A stretch of DNA of 64,000 bases from an uncultured Chloroflexia bacterium (GCA_963751345.1 CAVVUS010000037.1:32001-96000), one strand, 5' to 3'. Shown: positions 45,218 through 56,103, counted from the stretch's first letter. Numbers and translations: made by a program. Notes: a model not told the origin generated them from the letters alone.

Positions 45218-45673
45218 ATGAGGATTGATCTGTCGCGATTTCACCACGCCTTCCGCACCAAGCCCTTGCTTATCGGCGGGAAGGCGATGGAATACTATGG
45301 CCTGCGGCTGGCCGGCGCCGACATCGACTTCGTGGTCACGCGCGGGGACTATGAGGCCCTTGCCCAACGCTACCCGGACACGTTGAGGGATCTCTGGGGC
45401 GACCTCGGCGTCTGTCCCTACGAGTTCGAAATCTGGACGAGTATCTGCCTTTTCGACTACGAGGATCTGTCGCCCGGCGCGATCGATTCGGGGGACTACC
45501 TCGTCATCTCGCTGGAGAAGCTTCTCTTCCTCAAGGCGTTGGCGATGGAGAAGGAGAAGTATCATCGTGACCTGGAGATGATCGTCCAGAAGATCCGGAG
45601 TGAAAAGTACGCGCCATGGTGGGACGCGCTGCCTGAAGAGCGCCGACAGGCCTACCTGGCAAGTCAGAAGTAA
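45218..45673 (+). CDS. Pol-beta-superfamily nucleotidyltransferase-like hypothetical protein
   Basis: LLIGG.AM...G.R..ADIDFVV signature, and ISLEKLLFLK...KY..DL. Confidence 0.65.
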   Translation: MRIDLSRFHHAFRTKPLLIGGKAMEYYGLRLAGADIDFVVTRGDYEALAQRYPDTLRDLWGDLGVCPYEFEIWTSICLFDYEDLSPGAIDSGDYLVISLEKLLFLKALAMEKEKYHRDLEMIVQKIRSEKYAPWWDALPEERRQAYLASQK

Positions 45674-45777
45674 CCAGACACGCGAGGGAGGGCTCTTGCG
45701 AGGAACCATCCAACCGACGACCAAGACGTAGAGGAAGCCGTGGATGCGCCGGCCATTGGTCGGCGGCAGGCGGTAGT

Positions 45778-45818
45778 TACAGATGACCACAGGCTGAGTC
45801 AGCCTGTGGTCATCTGTA
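45778..45818. repeat. 41-bp perfect palindrome / bidirectional terminator candidate
   Basis: tacagatgaccacaggctga-g-tcagcctgtggtcatctgta: 20-bp arms with a 1-nt centre, between convergent genes. Confidence 0.8.
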
Positions 45819-45827
45819 TAGGCTGCT

Positions 45828-46121
45828 CTACACGTCGATAGGCACCTCGAAGTACGTGATGTCGGGTTGCGCTGCCATCAGCGGCACCAGAGAGCCCAAC
45901 TTCGACTTCAGCCAGCCGCTTTCCTCCTGCTTCAGCATATTCTCCTTCGTATCATAGATGGCGATGGTCATCGACGTGCCGTCTTCCTCGTTCATCATCA
46001 CCAGGAACTTCTGGAGTCCCTCGAGCTCCGGCAGGTCGGGCACGACGTGCTTGTTCATCGCGTCGACTGCGGAATCTCCCGTGCCTGGCTTCATCTTCAC
46101 CGAAACCACCCGTGCGATCAT
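45828..46121 (-). CDS. ABM (dimeric alpha-beta barrel) family protein
   Basis: 97 aa, MIARVVSVKMKPG...FEV. GGAGG RBS. Confidence 0.7.
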   Translation of the reverse strand: MIARVVSVKMKPGTGDSAVDAMNKHVVPDLPELEGLQKFLVMMNEEDGTSMTIAIYDTKENMLKQEESGWLKSKLGSLVPLMAAQPDITYFEVPIDV

Positions 46122-46215
46122 CTCTTACCTCCCGTGTGTCTGGATTGGCCCATTGTCGTCCTTCGACGATCCTATATTGCCACAGGAGTATCAAAGAACT
46201 CTCAAAGGATCGGCA

Positions 46216-46434
46216 ATGCCGGTGGTCCGCAGGCTCACCGGCGACCGCGTTGATGCCTTCTGCAGCCCTGACAGCGAGACGTGGTACGCCATGAGCCACG
46301 TCACCTTCCCGATGGACGACACGGTGCAGGTCGGCGTCCGTACCATCAGTATGATCGACCGCACCATCTACCCCGGCGCGTATCCTGAGGGTACAGCGAT
46401 CCGCTTCACGTCGTTCAAACTCTGGTCTGCTTGA
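46216..46434 (+). pseudogene. Probable remnant of a concanavalin-like (DUF1349-type) C-terminal domain
   Basis: RRLTGDRVDAFCSPDSETWY...VQVGV...AIRFTSFKLW resembles the tail of such domains. No good RBS or N-terminal part. Confidence 0.45.
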
Positions 46435-46530
46435 TCTGTGCAGCACGCCGCAGCGTTGGGTGGGCCACTTGCTGAGCCATCTTCTGAACCACTGGGACCC
46501 CGGTCGTAGGCTGCGTCTTCCTTTGGAGCC

Positions 46531-46577
46531 GCATTGGGCACTGAGACGGCAGGGCCGCCGGCTCCAGTGCCCAATGC
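46531..46577 (-). terminator. Hairpin downstream of the small ORF
   Basis: 13-bp stem gcattgggcactg / cagtgcccaatgc enclosing an inner cggc/gccg stem. Confidence 0.55.
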
Positions 46578-46588
46578 TGGAATCTTGC

Positions 46589-46780
46589 CTATGAAGCTGG
46601 GAAGACGGCCCTGCGCACCACGAGCCGCACGCGGGTCAGCACGTTGTCTGAGGGAGTGGCCCCCCGCCCACGGGCCTGACGGGCCAGGTGCCGGTCGTAA
46701 GCTGCCTGCTGCAGCTGCGCGCGAGAAGCCTTGTCCGTCGCCATCATCGTGTCGGTGCTGAACATCCGTGTCTCGTCCAT
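46589..46780 (-). CDS. Small hypothetical protein (63 aa)
   Basis: AAAGGAG RBS before ATG, followed by a hairpin. Basic helical sequence. Confidence 0.6.
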   Translation of the reverse strand: MDETRMFSTDTMMATDKASRAQLQQAAYDRHLARQARGRGATPSDNVLTRVRLVVRRAVFPAS

Positions 46781-47014
46781 CGCGCTCTCCTCTTTGAGAT
46801 TGGTTGGTGTCTCCGTAACTTGTCCACAGCATAGCCAATGACCGCACTCGGAACGCATCGAGAACGCACTGTCTGGCAGCCCTGGCCAGGGCAGTCATGA
46901 AGTTGGGTGCAAGGTCCGCGGCTCCGTGTATACTGCTGGCAGGCTTGGCGTTGCATGGTTAGGCTGAAGGATGGCATGGGCAGCTCCTCCTACTGGCTGC
47001 CAAAGGAGTGAATC

Positions 47015-50000
47015 GTGGCACGCTTGGGACTGGCGTTGTTGGGCGGCATGACCATCACGCTGGACGGCATCGACGTTTCGGGCTTCAATTCGGATAAGGT
47101 GCGCGCGTTGCTGGCCTACCTGGCGGTCGAATCCGACCGCGCCCACCTTCGCGAGAGCCTCGCAACGCTCCTCTGGCCCGACTATCCTGAGCGTTCTGCA
47201 CTGACCAATCTCCGCAATGCGCTGGCTAACCTTCGCACCGTGATCGGCGACCGCGAAGCGGAGCCGCCTTTTCTGGAGATCAGCCGCCAAACCCTCGGCT
47301 TCTGCCCGGAGAGCGACGGCCACGTCGACGTATCGATCCTCAGCCGCATCGCCACTAGCCTAGCAAGCCGCCCGGTATCGACTGAGCAGGTTGCCGCAGC
47401 GGTCGACCTCTACAGGGGCGACTTTTTGGCAGGGTTCGCGCTCGAGGACAGCGCTGAATTCGATGACTGGTCGACCGTGACGCGTGAACAGCTACGTCGC
47501 CAGGCGATCTCCGCCCTGGAGTATCTGATCGACCAGCTTCAGCAACAGAACAAGCCCGACGAGGCATTAGGCTACGCCTGGCGTTTGGTGCAACTGGAGC
47601 CGTGGCGGGAGACAGGGCAGCGAGCCCTGATGCGATTGTTGGCTCTCACAGGACAACGCGCCGCCGCACTGGCGCAATACAGAGCCTGTTGCCGGATCCT
47701 GTCTGTTGAATTGAACATCGAACCCTCAGCTGAGACCGTAACCCTCTATGAGCAGATACAATCCGATGAGTTGCGGGCACAGACGTCTAGAACAGAGCAG
47801 GACATAGGGACAACAAAGCCGGTACAGCGCCGCCACAACCTCCCGGCTCAGCTCACGCCCCTGATCGGGCGCGAGTCGGAGTTGGCCCGGATCGATGCTT
47901 ACTTGCACGATCCTGCGTGTCGGCTTCTCACGCTTGTCGGCCCTGGTGGCATCGGCAAGACGCGGCTGGCATTGGAGGCGTGTGCTCCACAGGTCAACCG
48001 TTTCGATCACGGCGTCTTCTTGGCGCCACTGGCGGCGGTGGGCACGGCTGATGGCCTCGTCCCGGCTATCGCTGGCGCGGTGAGCTTCGCTTTCCACGAG
48101 GAGGGCGTCACCAAGAGCGCAGGTGGGATGACCGAGACGCCGCAAGCACAGCTCTTGGCCTACCTGCGGGACAAAGAGATGCTCCTGCTGCTCGACAACG
48201 TCGAGCACCTGCTGGACGGTGAGTCCCCAGATGGCGACATCCGCGAGACTATCTTGGCACTTCTGAGCTCGGCGCCAGACGTCAAGATCCTCACGACGTC
48301 GCGGGCGCGGGTGGAAATGCAGGGGGAGCAGCTCCTCCCACTAGGGGGCCTAGCCTATGGTGAGCGCTGGGTCGGCCCGCCGGCAGAGCCCCCGCTGAGT
48401 GCCGGGATACAGCTCTTCGTCGAAGGGGCTCGACGCGTCGTGCCCGGTTTCGCGATTTCGGACGGCAACGCCGAGCCGGTGGCGCGCATCTGCCGTGTCG
48501 TACAAGGGATGCCACTGGCGATTCTGCTTGCGGCGGCGTGGGTCACCGTTCTGTCGCCGCGGGAGATCGCTGACCAGCTCGCCGAGGGGGCGGACTCGGC
48601 TCTCGATCTGCTGACCGCGGACTGGGGCGACGTTCGGAACGCCACCGCAGCCTGCGTAACGTGTTCGAGGGCTAATGGACGCTGCTCACGCCCGACGAGC
48701 AGACGGCTTTCGCGGCCCTCAGCGTCTTCCACGGCGGCTTCACGTGGCCGGCGGCGCGCGATGTGGCGTGCGTCTCGTTGCCAACGCTGCGGGACCTCGC
48801 CTCCAAATCGATGGTTCAAGTCAATGAGGGACGTTACGACCTGCACCCGCTTCTGCGGCAGTTCGCCGCGGAGAGACTATCGGCCTCGCCCGACCACGCG
48901 GCTGCGCGCCAACGTCACTGCGCCACCTATGCGGCCAAGGTGCAGACTTGGTCACGCGGGTTGAAGGGGGCAGAGCAAATGGCGGCGTTGGCCGAGATGA
49001 CCGCTGAGATCGCCAACGTCGAGGCTGCTTGGGTGTGGGCTGCAAGTGCCGGCGACGTCAGCTATCTGGACACGATGGCCGAGGGGCTTGGACTCTACTA
49101 CCGCCGACGTGGCCTGCGCCGCGATGGTGAGCGTCTCTTCCGGATAGGCGTGGCGGGGTTGTCGCGGATTGAGCATGCGATCGGGGAGGCTGCTGGGCTG
49201 CAGGCGTGTCCACTGGTTCGCTTGCTCGCGTGGCAAGCCTATTTAAGCCAACGGGCAGCGGACAAGCGTCCCCTGGTCGAACGGGGTAACGCACTGCTTG
49301 CCCTAACCGACGCCAGTGACGCGGATGCATTGGCGTGCCGCGGTTTCTTGCTGCTCCCGGCTACGGATATTGCGGAAGCCGACGGCGACCTGGAACACGC
49401 ACAGGCATTGTCGTTGGAGGCACACCGGCTGTTTCATCAGTTGGACAGCCGCTGGTGGGAAGCCCTTGCGCTGTCGTATGCAGCTGATGTGGCTTGGTCA
49501 CTCGGGAGGTTTGCTGAGGCCTATCGCCTCAGCGACGCAACGCTAGGCCTCTTCCGGTCTCTCGGTAGTTCGCGGGAGGTCGGGCGGGCGTTGCTCCTGA
49601 CTGGCTCTACGTTGATGCGACAGGGCGCGCTCGATCGTGCGGAGGCGCTGTGGCAGGAGGCCGCCGAGGAACTGCGCAGGGCCGGTGACAAGGCCGATGC
49701 CGCGGATGCACTGTTCCATTTGGGCGCTGCCTGCTATTGGTCTGGGCGTTTATCCAAAGCTCTCCGCTTGATAAACGATGCCTATGACCTGTCGAGCGAC
49801 CTCGGACTACACGACCTGGCCTGTGAGATGGGGATTATGATCGCGGGCGCCCGGTGTATGCTAGGGGACTATGCCGCGGCGTCCGCATTCGCCGAAGCTC
49901 ACATGCGCGCTGCCGACGCGGCTGGCGATGTGCGCGCTGCGGGCGACTATCTGATATCGATGGCCAGCGTCGATCTGGTTGAGGGACGGGTTGATGACGC

Positions 50001-50433
50001 ATACACCCGTTGCCAGAGGGCCATCGAGCTCCTGGCTGGCCACGTGGCGGACGAGGAGGCGATGGCCAAGGCCATACTGGGGCTCATCGTGCTTCGCCTC
50101 GGCCAGCGGCACGCCGCCCACCGTCATCTGAAGGAGGTGCTAGCATTCTCCGAGCGAACGAATGCCTTCATGGCGCTGTATTACGCGCTGCCAATCGGTG
50201 CATCCCTGTTGGCCGAGTCTGGCGAGGTCGAGCGCGCCGTCGTGGTCTACGCTCTTGCCCGCGAGCGCTTTGCCTTTGTGGCCAACTCGCAGTGGTTCCA
50301 GGATGTGGTCGGTCAGCCGCTTGCGGAAGTCGCGGACAGGGCCCTGTCCCCCGAACGTATTGAAGCCGCTAAAGCGAAGGGGAGTGCCTTGGATTTGCAG
50401 CAGACCGTGGCTTTGTTGCTGGACACGATATGA
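47015..50433 (+). CDS. SARP/BTAD-NB-ARC-TPR transcriptional regulator; frameshift near 48640 and in-frame TAA near 48673
   Basis: KVRALLAYL..RESLATLLWP, LYRGDFL..FDDW, LEPWRE..LMRL, GPGGIGKT, LLLLDN, GMPLAI, YDLHPLLRQF and a TPR-like C-terminus. Confidence 0.88.
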
Positions 50434-50569
50434 GGCTTGTGAGTCTGCAGTACGTCGATGGGCTCTCAATAGAGAGCTAAGGTAAGCTGTATTTGGAGCT
50501 GGCGACTACATCGTCGCGTGATTGCATCCAAACGCCACCATACACCATACTAACAGTAGGAGGTTCCCT

Positions 50570-52272
50570 ATGATCCATCTCACCGAGAGTGGCTTGATCG
50601 CAGAGTCAGCCACCACCATCGTCGAGTTCGAGGGCGCGAGCATCGTCGCCATCAAGGATGCCCGCACGGGCGAGGCGTTCCTCGACCGCGGGCTGGGCGC
50701 CGACGTGCCCGGCTTCGACCTCTTCCATCAGACCGGCAAGGTCTCGCCGCTGGGCGTCCACCCGATGGCCAGCCACGTCCACACGACGCTGCTGACCGAC
50801 TCGCATCGCCGAGATCGTGCTGGAGGATTGGGAGGCCGACGTCAGCATCCGCGTGAGCATCGACGACGCCACCGGCGACATCCTTGTGGAACCCTCGGCG
50901 TGGACGATGCAGGGCGGCGTCGCGGGGCTTGGGCTCAACGTCGCCGGGATCCGCGAGGACCTGGACGTCGTGGGCCCCTTCCAGCAGGGCACGCGGCTGC
51001 CGCTTGCCCACCCGCAGATGGCGGGCAAGCGTGCGCCCTGGCCCAACACCTGGGAGGCCGGGTTCCTGGTCTTCCAGGGCAAGGCGTCCGGCTTCAGTGT
51101 CCAGACTTGGGACGATCACTTCATCTTCAAGCAGGTGAACGTCGGCCACGAGAAGAGCGTCCAGTCGGTGGCCTTCGTGACCCAGGCCTACGGTCCCCTG
51201 GAGCACAACCGGTGTGTGGGCAATCTCGCGTGGCGCATCTCGGCCCACCAGGGTGACTGGACCGTGCCGGTGACGCGCTACCGGGACTGGTACTGGAAAG
51301 CCTACCGCCTCGACGAGGCAGCTGCGATGCGGCCCGACTGGCTCGACGACATCCGGCTTGCGGTGTCGTGGTGCCCGTCGAACCCCGACCTGCTGGACGC
51401 GCTCGCCACGAGGATCGGATCCGCACAGGACCTTTCTCCACGTGCCGCGCTGGCGCCCGTACGAGTATGACCAGGACTATCCTACCTTCACGCCGAGTGA
51501 TGAAGGCCGGGCCTTCATCGAGAAGGCGCGTACGATGGGCTTTCACGTCGCGCCCCACGCCAACGCCTGCCAGATGAACCCCGATCACCCCTTCTTCTTC
51601 CAGGCGCGAGACTTCTGCACCCGGAGCCCGACCGACATCCGCTGGGGCGGCTGGAGTTGGCTGCCGGTGGAGGGCTGGGGCGCCTTTGGCCCGCCGCAGA
51701 GTTACTCGCAGATGCCGGCCAACAAGGATTGGAACATCCTCGTGAACGTGCACCTGGCCTGGTCGCCGTGGCGGCGACAGCTCACGCGCCAGGTCGCCGA
51801 TCTGATCCGCGACTTGGGCCTCGACAGCGTATTCGTGGACGTGTCGCAGCTCATTCACAACAGCGACAACGCAATTCTGGAGGGGCTGAGCTACGCGGAG
51901 GGCTCGCTCAAGTTGATCCGCGAGCTGGCCGAATTGACACCCGGCTTCTGCGTCTCCGGCGAGGGCCGCAACGAGATCTCGACCCAGTACCTGTCCATGG
52001 TGCAGTTCCACCTCTACAACTTCGCCCACAGCACCGCCATCAACCAGAAGGACGTCTCCTGGGTCATTGAGGCGACCACACCGGTCAACAAACTGCTCTT
52101 CGAGGGCCTCAGCCGCGGCATCGGCTACAACTACGGCAGGGGCGAGAACCGTCGCGTGATGGTCGAGGCAACGCTCAAGCAAGGCACGATCCCGACGCTG
52201 ATCTTCCGCACCCAGGATCCCGTCGCCGAGTTGGGCGGCGAGGAAGCACAGTACATTCTGTCCCACACCTAG
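50570..52272 (+). CDS. Hypothetical protein, putative TIM-barrel glycoside hydrolase (DUF6259-like); frameshifts near 50805 and 51415
   Basis: AGGAGG RBS and three successive frames. Motifs GDW..YRDW, WR..YDQDYP, GFHVAPH, DSVFVD and SGEG.NE. Confidence 0.55.
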
Positions 52273-52313
52273 GGCGCGCAACTCGACAGCCCGCTCCTAC
52301 GAAAGGTCTACCT

Positions 52314-53945
52314 ATGATCACACTCTCTTTGGCGGATTACCGATCGAAAGTGCTCGGATGCTGGATGGGCAAGAATATCGGAGGCACACTGGGCGCGCCC
52401 TTCGAGTGGCGCCGCAAGGTCAATGGCGTCACGTTCTACACGCAGGATCTGGGTGGCGAACCGCTCCCCAACGACGACCTGGATATACAACTCCTGTGGC
52501 TGGTGGCGCTGGAAGAGCAGGGCGTCGCGCTCGATGCGCAGACGCTGGCCGAGTATTGGTGTCTGTTCGTCACGCCTCACTGGGCCGAATACGGCACGGC
52601 CAAGAACAACATGCGCTCCGGCCTGCTCCCACCACTCTCGGGGACCCTCAACAACGTCTACAAGGACAGCTGCGGTGCCTTCATCCGCTCGGAGATCTGG
52701 GCCTGCATCGCTCCGGGTATGCCACGGCTCGCCGCCCGATACGCCTACGAGGACGCCATCCTCGACCATGGCAATGGGGAGGGCACCTTCGCGGAGGTCT
52801 TCTGTGCCGCGTTGGAGAGCGCGGCCTTTGTCATCAACGATCTGCCCACCCTGATCGATATCGGGCTCTCTTACATTCCCGACGACTGCGGCGTGGCGGG
52901 CGCCGTGCGTGCCGCGCAGGCGGCCTATACGTCAGGCATGAGCTGGCTCGATGCGCGCAACGACGTACTCGAACGCTTCCGCGGCAGCACGCACGCAGGG
53001 GTCCCCGAACTGACCTCGCCGGTCGATCGCGAGCGGGGCTTCCACGAGGGCCAACGCGGATGGGACGTGCCCTCCAATATCGGGATGCTCGTGATCGGCC
53101 TGCTCTACGGCGAGGGCGACTTCGACAACACGCTGTGCACCGCCGTGAATTGCGGCGAGGACACCGACTGCACCGGCGCCACGGCGGGTTCTATCTTCGG
53201 CATTATGCGCGGTATCGAGGCGGTCCCCACCCGCTGGATCGAGCCTATCGGCAAGACCATCAAGACGGCGTGCCTCAACCTCGGCGAACTCGGCTACTTC
53301 GGAGCGCAGCTCCCCCAGGATGTCGAGGAGATGACCCGGCGCACAGAGCGCATCGCCCAACAGGTGCTCGCGGCCTCGTCAGGGGCCATCGAACTCTCAG
53401 AACACCTAGCGACCGATTCGTCGCAGGTCAACGTGGATGCGCTCATGGCCCCCGACCCCAGAGCCCGCACGGTTGACACGTTGCTGGCTCACCCTTTCGC
53501 GCCGCCGGAGTTTGACAACCTGGGCGCCACCGTCCACAGATTCGACTTCTTCCAGGTGGCCGTCGACTACGGTGGGGACCCGCTGGTGCGCGACGGACAG
53601 CTCAAGAGTGTCACCCTGCGTATCCGCAATCTGTACAAGGTGCAGGACAACGTCAACATTCACTGGTACACGCCACCCGGCTGGTCGGTAAGCCCGTCAC
53701 CCGACGGCAGAGTCTTCGTGCCGTGCGGCTGGTTGGCACTGGGCGCCACCGCCGAGGTCACCTACGAGCTAATGGCGGAGCGGGTCGAGACGCCCATCGT
53801 ACGCTTCGCCGTGGAGCTGACCATCACCGGTCGGCCCACTGTGATGCTCGTGCCGGTGATGCTGGTCAACGGCAACCTGGTCGGAGAGGCTAGGCTGGAC
53901 GATCTCTCAGCCGCCATTTCACAGCACGAGGGTGTCTCAGCCTGA
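52314..53945 (+). CDS. ADP-ribosylglycohydrolase family protein with C-terminal Ig-like domain
   Basis: GKNIGGTLGAPFE, PNDDLD, GAFIRSEIWA and GEDTDCTGAT motifs. Confidence 0.88.
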   Translation: MITLSLADYRSKVLGCWMGKNIGGTLGAPFEWRRKVNGVTFYTQDLGGEPLPNDDLDIQLLWLVALEEQGVALDAQTLAEYWCLFVTPHWAEYGTAKNNMRSGLLPPLSGTLNNVYKDSCGAFIRSEIWACIAPGMPRLAARYAYEDAILDHGNGEGTFAEVFCAALESAAFVINDLPTLIDIGLSYIPDDCGVAGAVRAAQAAYTSGMSWLDARNDVLERFRGSTHAGVPELTSPVDRERGFHEGQRGWDVPSNIGMLVIGLLYGEGDFDNTLCTAVNCGEDTDCTGATAGSIFGIMRGIEAVPTRWIEPIGKTIKTACLNLGELGYFGAQLPQDVEEMTRRTERIAQQVLAASSGAIELSEHLATDSSQVNVDALMAPDPRARTVDTLLAHPFAPPEFDNLGATVHRFDFFQVAVDYGGDPLVRDGQLKSVTLRIRNLYKVQDNVNIHWYTPPGWSVSPSPDGRVFVPCGWLALGATAEVTYELMAERVETPIVRFAVELTITGRPTVMLVPVMLVNGNLVGEARLDDLSAAISQHEGVSA

Positions 53946-53956
53946 AGGCAACAACA

Positions 53957-54011
53957 GCAGTCTTGGTCCGGACATGCGCCCGAAGCGGGTTACTGTCCGG
54001 ACCAAGACTGC
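53957..54011. terminator. Long hairpin between convergent genes
   Basis: 18-bp perfect stem gcagtcttggtccggaca / tgtccggaccaagactgc with an inner cccg-aag-cggg hairpin. Confidence 0.7.
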
Positions 54012-54068
54012 GAAGACCTCAGGGGCGGCGCCCCTCCGAGCTTGCCGCTGGGGCGCACCCTTCAATCG

Positions 54069-54980
54069 TCATTTACTCCACGTCATCAACGGCGCCAGCC
54101 CCTTCAGAATCTCATCCAGGTATGCTGACGAGACGTCGTCCAGCGGCATCGGGCCATTGCGCTTGAGCGGGCAGTCGATGACACCGCGACGATAGAGCAC
54201 TTCCTTGTAGGAGCCTGGGAGCTGGTGCTCGAAGAAGAAGAGGGGAGCCATTTCCTTGTAGATGTGCAGGGCGTGCGCATCGTCGCCACTTTCCAGCGCA
54301 TGCCAGAGGGCCACGACGACGTCGGTCACATGACAGCCAGGCATGTTGCCCGCGGAACCGCGCCGGAATTCCTCGATCAGATAACGCCCGCCGGCGCCGC
54401 CGAAGACACCCCTGCACGACCTATCGTTCCGCGCCAGTAGTTGCGAGAGCTTCATCGTCGTGGGCGTGGTCTCCTCTTTCACGTACTGCACCCACTCGAT
54501 CTCACGGCAGAGCCGCAACAGCAGATCAGCACTCATATCGGTACCCACCGGCGGCCCATAGTTCTGGATGAAGATGGGCAAGCGGGCAGCGTCGGAGATC
54601 GCCCGATAGTAAGCCCATATGACCGTTTCCGGCGTGCTTCCGCGATGGATATAAGGTGGCATTGCGATGACGCCGTCCGCCCCGATCTCGCGCGCGTGTG
54701 CCGCGAACTTTGCAGCGACCTCCTTCGCCACACCTGCGACGCCGATGATGGCCGGAATACGCCCGGCGTCCTGCTCGACCAGCACTTCCGTCAGCGTGAA
54801 GCGCTCGGCATCACTCAGCGACGTGAATTCACTGGCGTTCACCGGAAAGACCAAGCCGTGGGCACCACATCCAATACAGAAGTCGACCACGCGGCGGAAA
54901 CTGGCGACATCGATCTCCCCGTCCTCACGGAAGGGGGTGGAGGGAATGGTGAATATGCCTCGGAAAGGTGTGTGGGTCAT
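54069..54980 (-). CDS. Dihydrodipicolinate synthase family aldolase/dehydratase
   Basis: TPFREDGEID, E..SLSDAER, GADGV..PPY and YVKEE (Schiff-base Lys). AAGGAG RBS. Confidence 0.88.
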   Translation of the reverse strand: MTHTPFRGIFTIPSTPFREDGEIDVASFRRVVDFCIGCGAHGLVFPVNASEFTSLSDAERFTLTEVLVEQDAGRIPAIIGVAGVAKEVAAKFAAHAREIGADGVIAMPPYIHRGSTPETVIWAYYRAISDAARLPIFIQNYGPPVGTDMSADLLLRLCREIEWVQYVKEETTPTTMKLSQLLARNDRSCRGVFGGAGGRYLIEEFRRGSAGNMPGCHVTDVVVALWHALESGDDAHALHIYKEMAPLFFFEHQLPGSYKEVLYRRGVIDCPLKRNGPMPLDDVSSAYLDEILKGLAPLMTWSK

Positions 54981-55121
54981 ATCGCCTGGCTCCTTCTTGA
55001 GTATGCCAACAGAGACGATCCGATCGTGGAGGTATCGTAGCCCGCTCCGGCAGGCGCGCAACCGGACGATGGTCCCGCGGTTCTAGACGACACACCACCG
55101 AGCCGACCGTGCACTTTCCCG

Positions 55122-55150
55122 TTGACCCTGCCGCCGAACCCTCCTATACT
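55122..55150 (+). promoter_or_regulatory. Sigma70 promoter
   Basis: TTGACC-17 nt-TATACT upstream of 55192. Confidence 0.6.
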
Positions 55151-55191
55151 GGGTCCGACACCTCGGGTGCTGACGCGAAAGGAGATGCCCA

Positions 55192-55569
55192 ATGCACAGG
55201 ATCGTGATAACAGCCGGGGACGTGACGATAACAGCAGAGCTAAACGAGAGCCCAACTGCCCTGGAAATATGGGAGGCTCTGCCCATTCAGGCCCAGGCCA
55301 ATATCTGGGGCGATGAGGTATACTTCGAAATCCCGGTGACACAGGCACAGGCACCGGATGCCCGGGCAGAGGTCGACGTGGGGACGCTGGGGTATTGGCC
55401 GGTCGGCAGCGCCTTCTGTATCTTCTTTGGGCCAACGCCGGTAAGTACCGGAAGCAAGCCGCGTGCATACAGCCCGGTGAACGTGATTGGCTCAGTCATA
55501 GGTGATGTGACCCCGCTCCAGCGTGTCCAGCAGGGGGATTCCGTGAGGATCGCCAGAGCGAAGGCCTGA
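55192..55569 (+). CDS. Cyclophilin-like fold protein (DUF369/TM1367-like)
   Basis: WGDEVYF, GYWPVG.AFCIFFGPTP and SPVNVIG motifs. Confidence 0.88.
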   Translation: MHRIVITAGDVTITAELNESPTALEIWEALPIQAQANIWGDEVYFEIPVTQAQAPDARAEVDVGTLGYWPVGSAFCIFFGPTPVSTGSKPRAYSPVNVIGSVIGDVTPLQRVQQGDSVRIARAKA

Positions 55570-55593
55570 AGACAAACACACGACGCTGGAATG

Positions 55594-55637
55594 ACAGACT
55601 CCCCGCGCACCGAACGACACGCGGGGAGTCTGTTTCT
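55594..55637. terminator. Intrinsic terminator, probably also ending the ECF operon
   Basis: 14-bp stem acagactccccgcg / cgcggggagtctgt followed by a short T-rich tail. Confidence 0.75.
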
Positions 55638-55647
55638 GTACTGAAAC

Positions 55648-56103
55648 CTACTTAACCTGGATCTCTACCACGCCCTTGACCTGAAGGTTACCGGGGAAGT
55701 CCGGAAGCACGGTGCTGAAGCCGCCCTGGTTGCGGAATGAGACAATACAGTTCGAGCACCCCTGTAGCTCGCTCAATGCCACCTCGGCCGTGTAGCCATC
55801 GTCGGCCACAAAGACCACCGTGGTCGCACCACTCGCGACGCCGGCGATACCCAGCAGATCGTTGATCGGAACGCCCGTGTAGGTGCTCGCGACCCCATCC
55901 TTGTTGGTAGACTCGACATCGATGGCATCCATCGCCTTGAGGTCAGCCTCCGTCCAGCCGACCTCACTGTCCACACTACCGGTGACCTTGAGTGCAGCGT
56001 CGCTGGGGACACCTGAGCTGGTACCGCTCGGGCTGCCACACGCCGTCAGCGCCATAGCCACCACCAAGATGACGACCAACCATAGACCAGATCTCTTCGA
56101 CAT
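55648..56103 (-). CDS. Lipoprotein with sulfite-oxidase-type molybdopterin-binding-like fold
   Basis: LTAC lipobox; LKVTG.V...T.ADL..M...YTGVPI.DLL..AG....VVFVADDGY...VKGVVEI. Confidence 0.75.
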   Translation of the reverse strand: MSKRSGLWLVVILVVAMALTACGSPSGTSSGVPSDAALKVTGSVDSEVGWTEADLKAMDAIDVESTNKDGVASTYTGVPINDLLGIAGVASGATTVVFVADDGYTAEVALSELQGCSNCIVSFRNQGGFSTVLPDFPGNLQVKGVVEIQVK

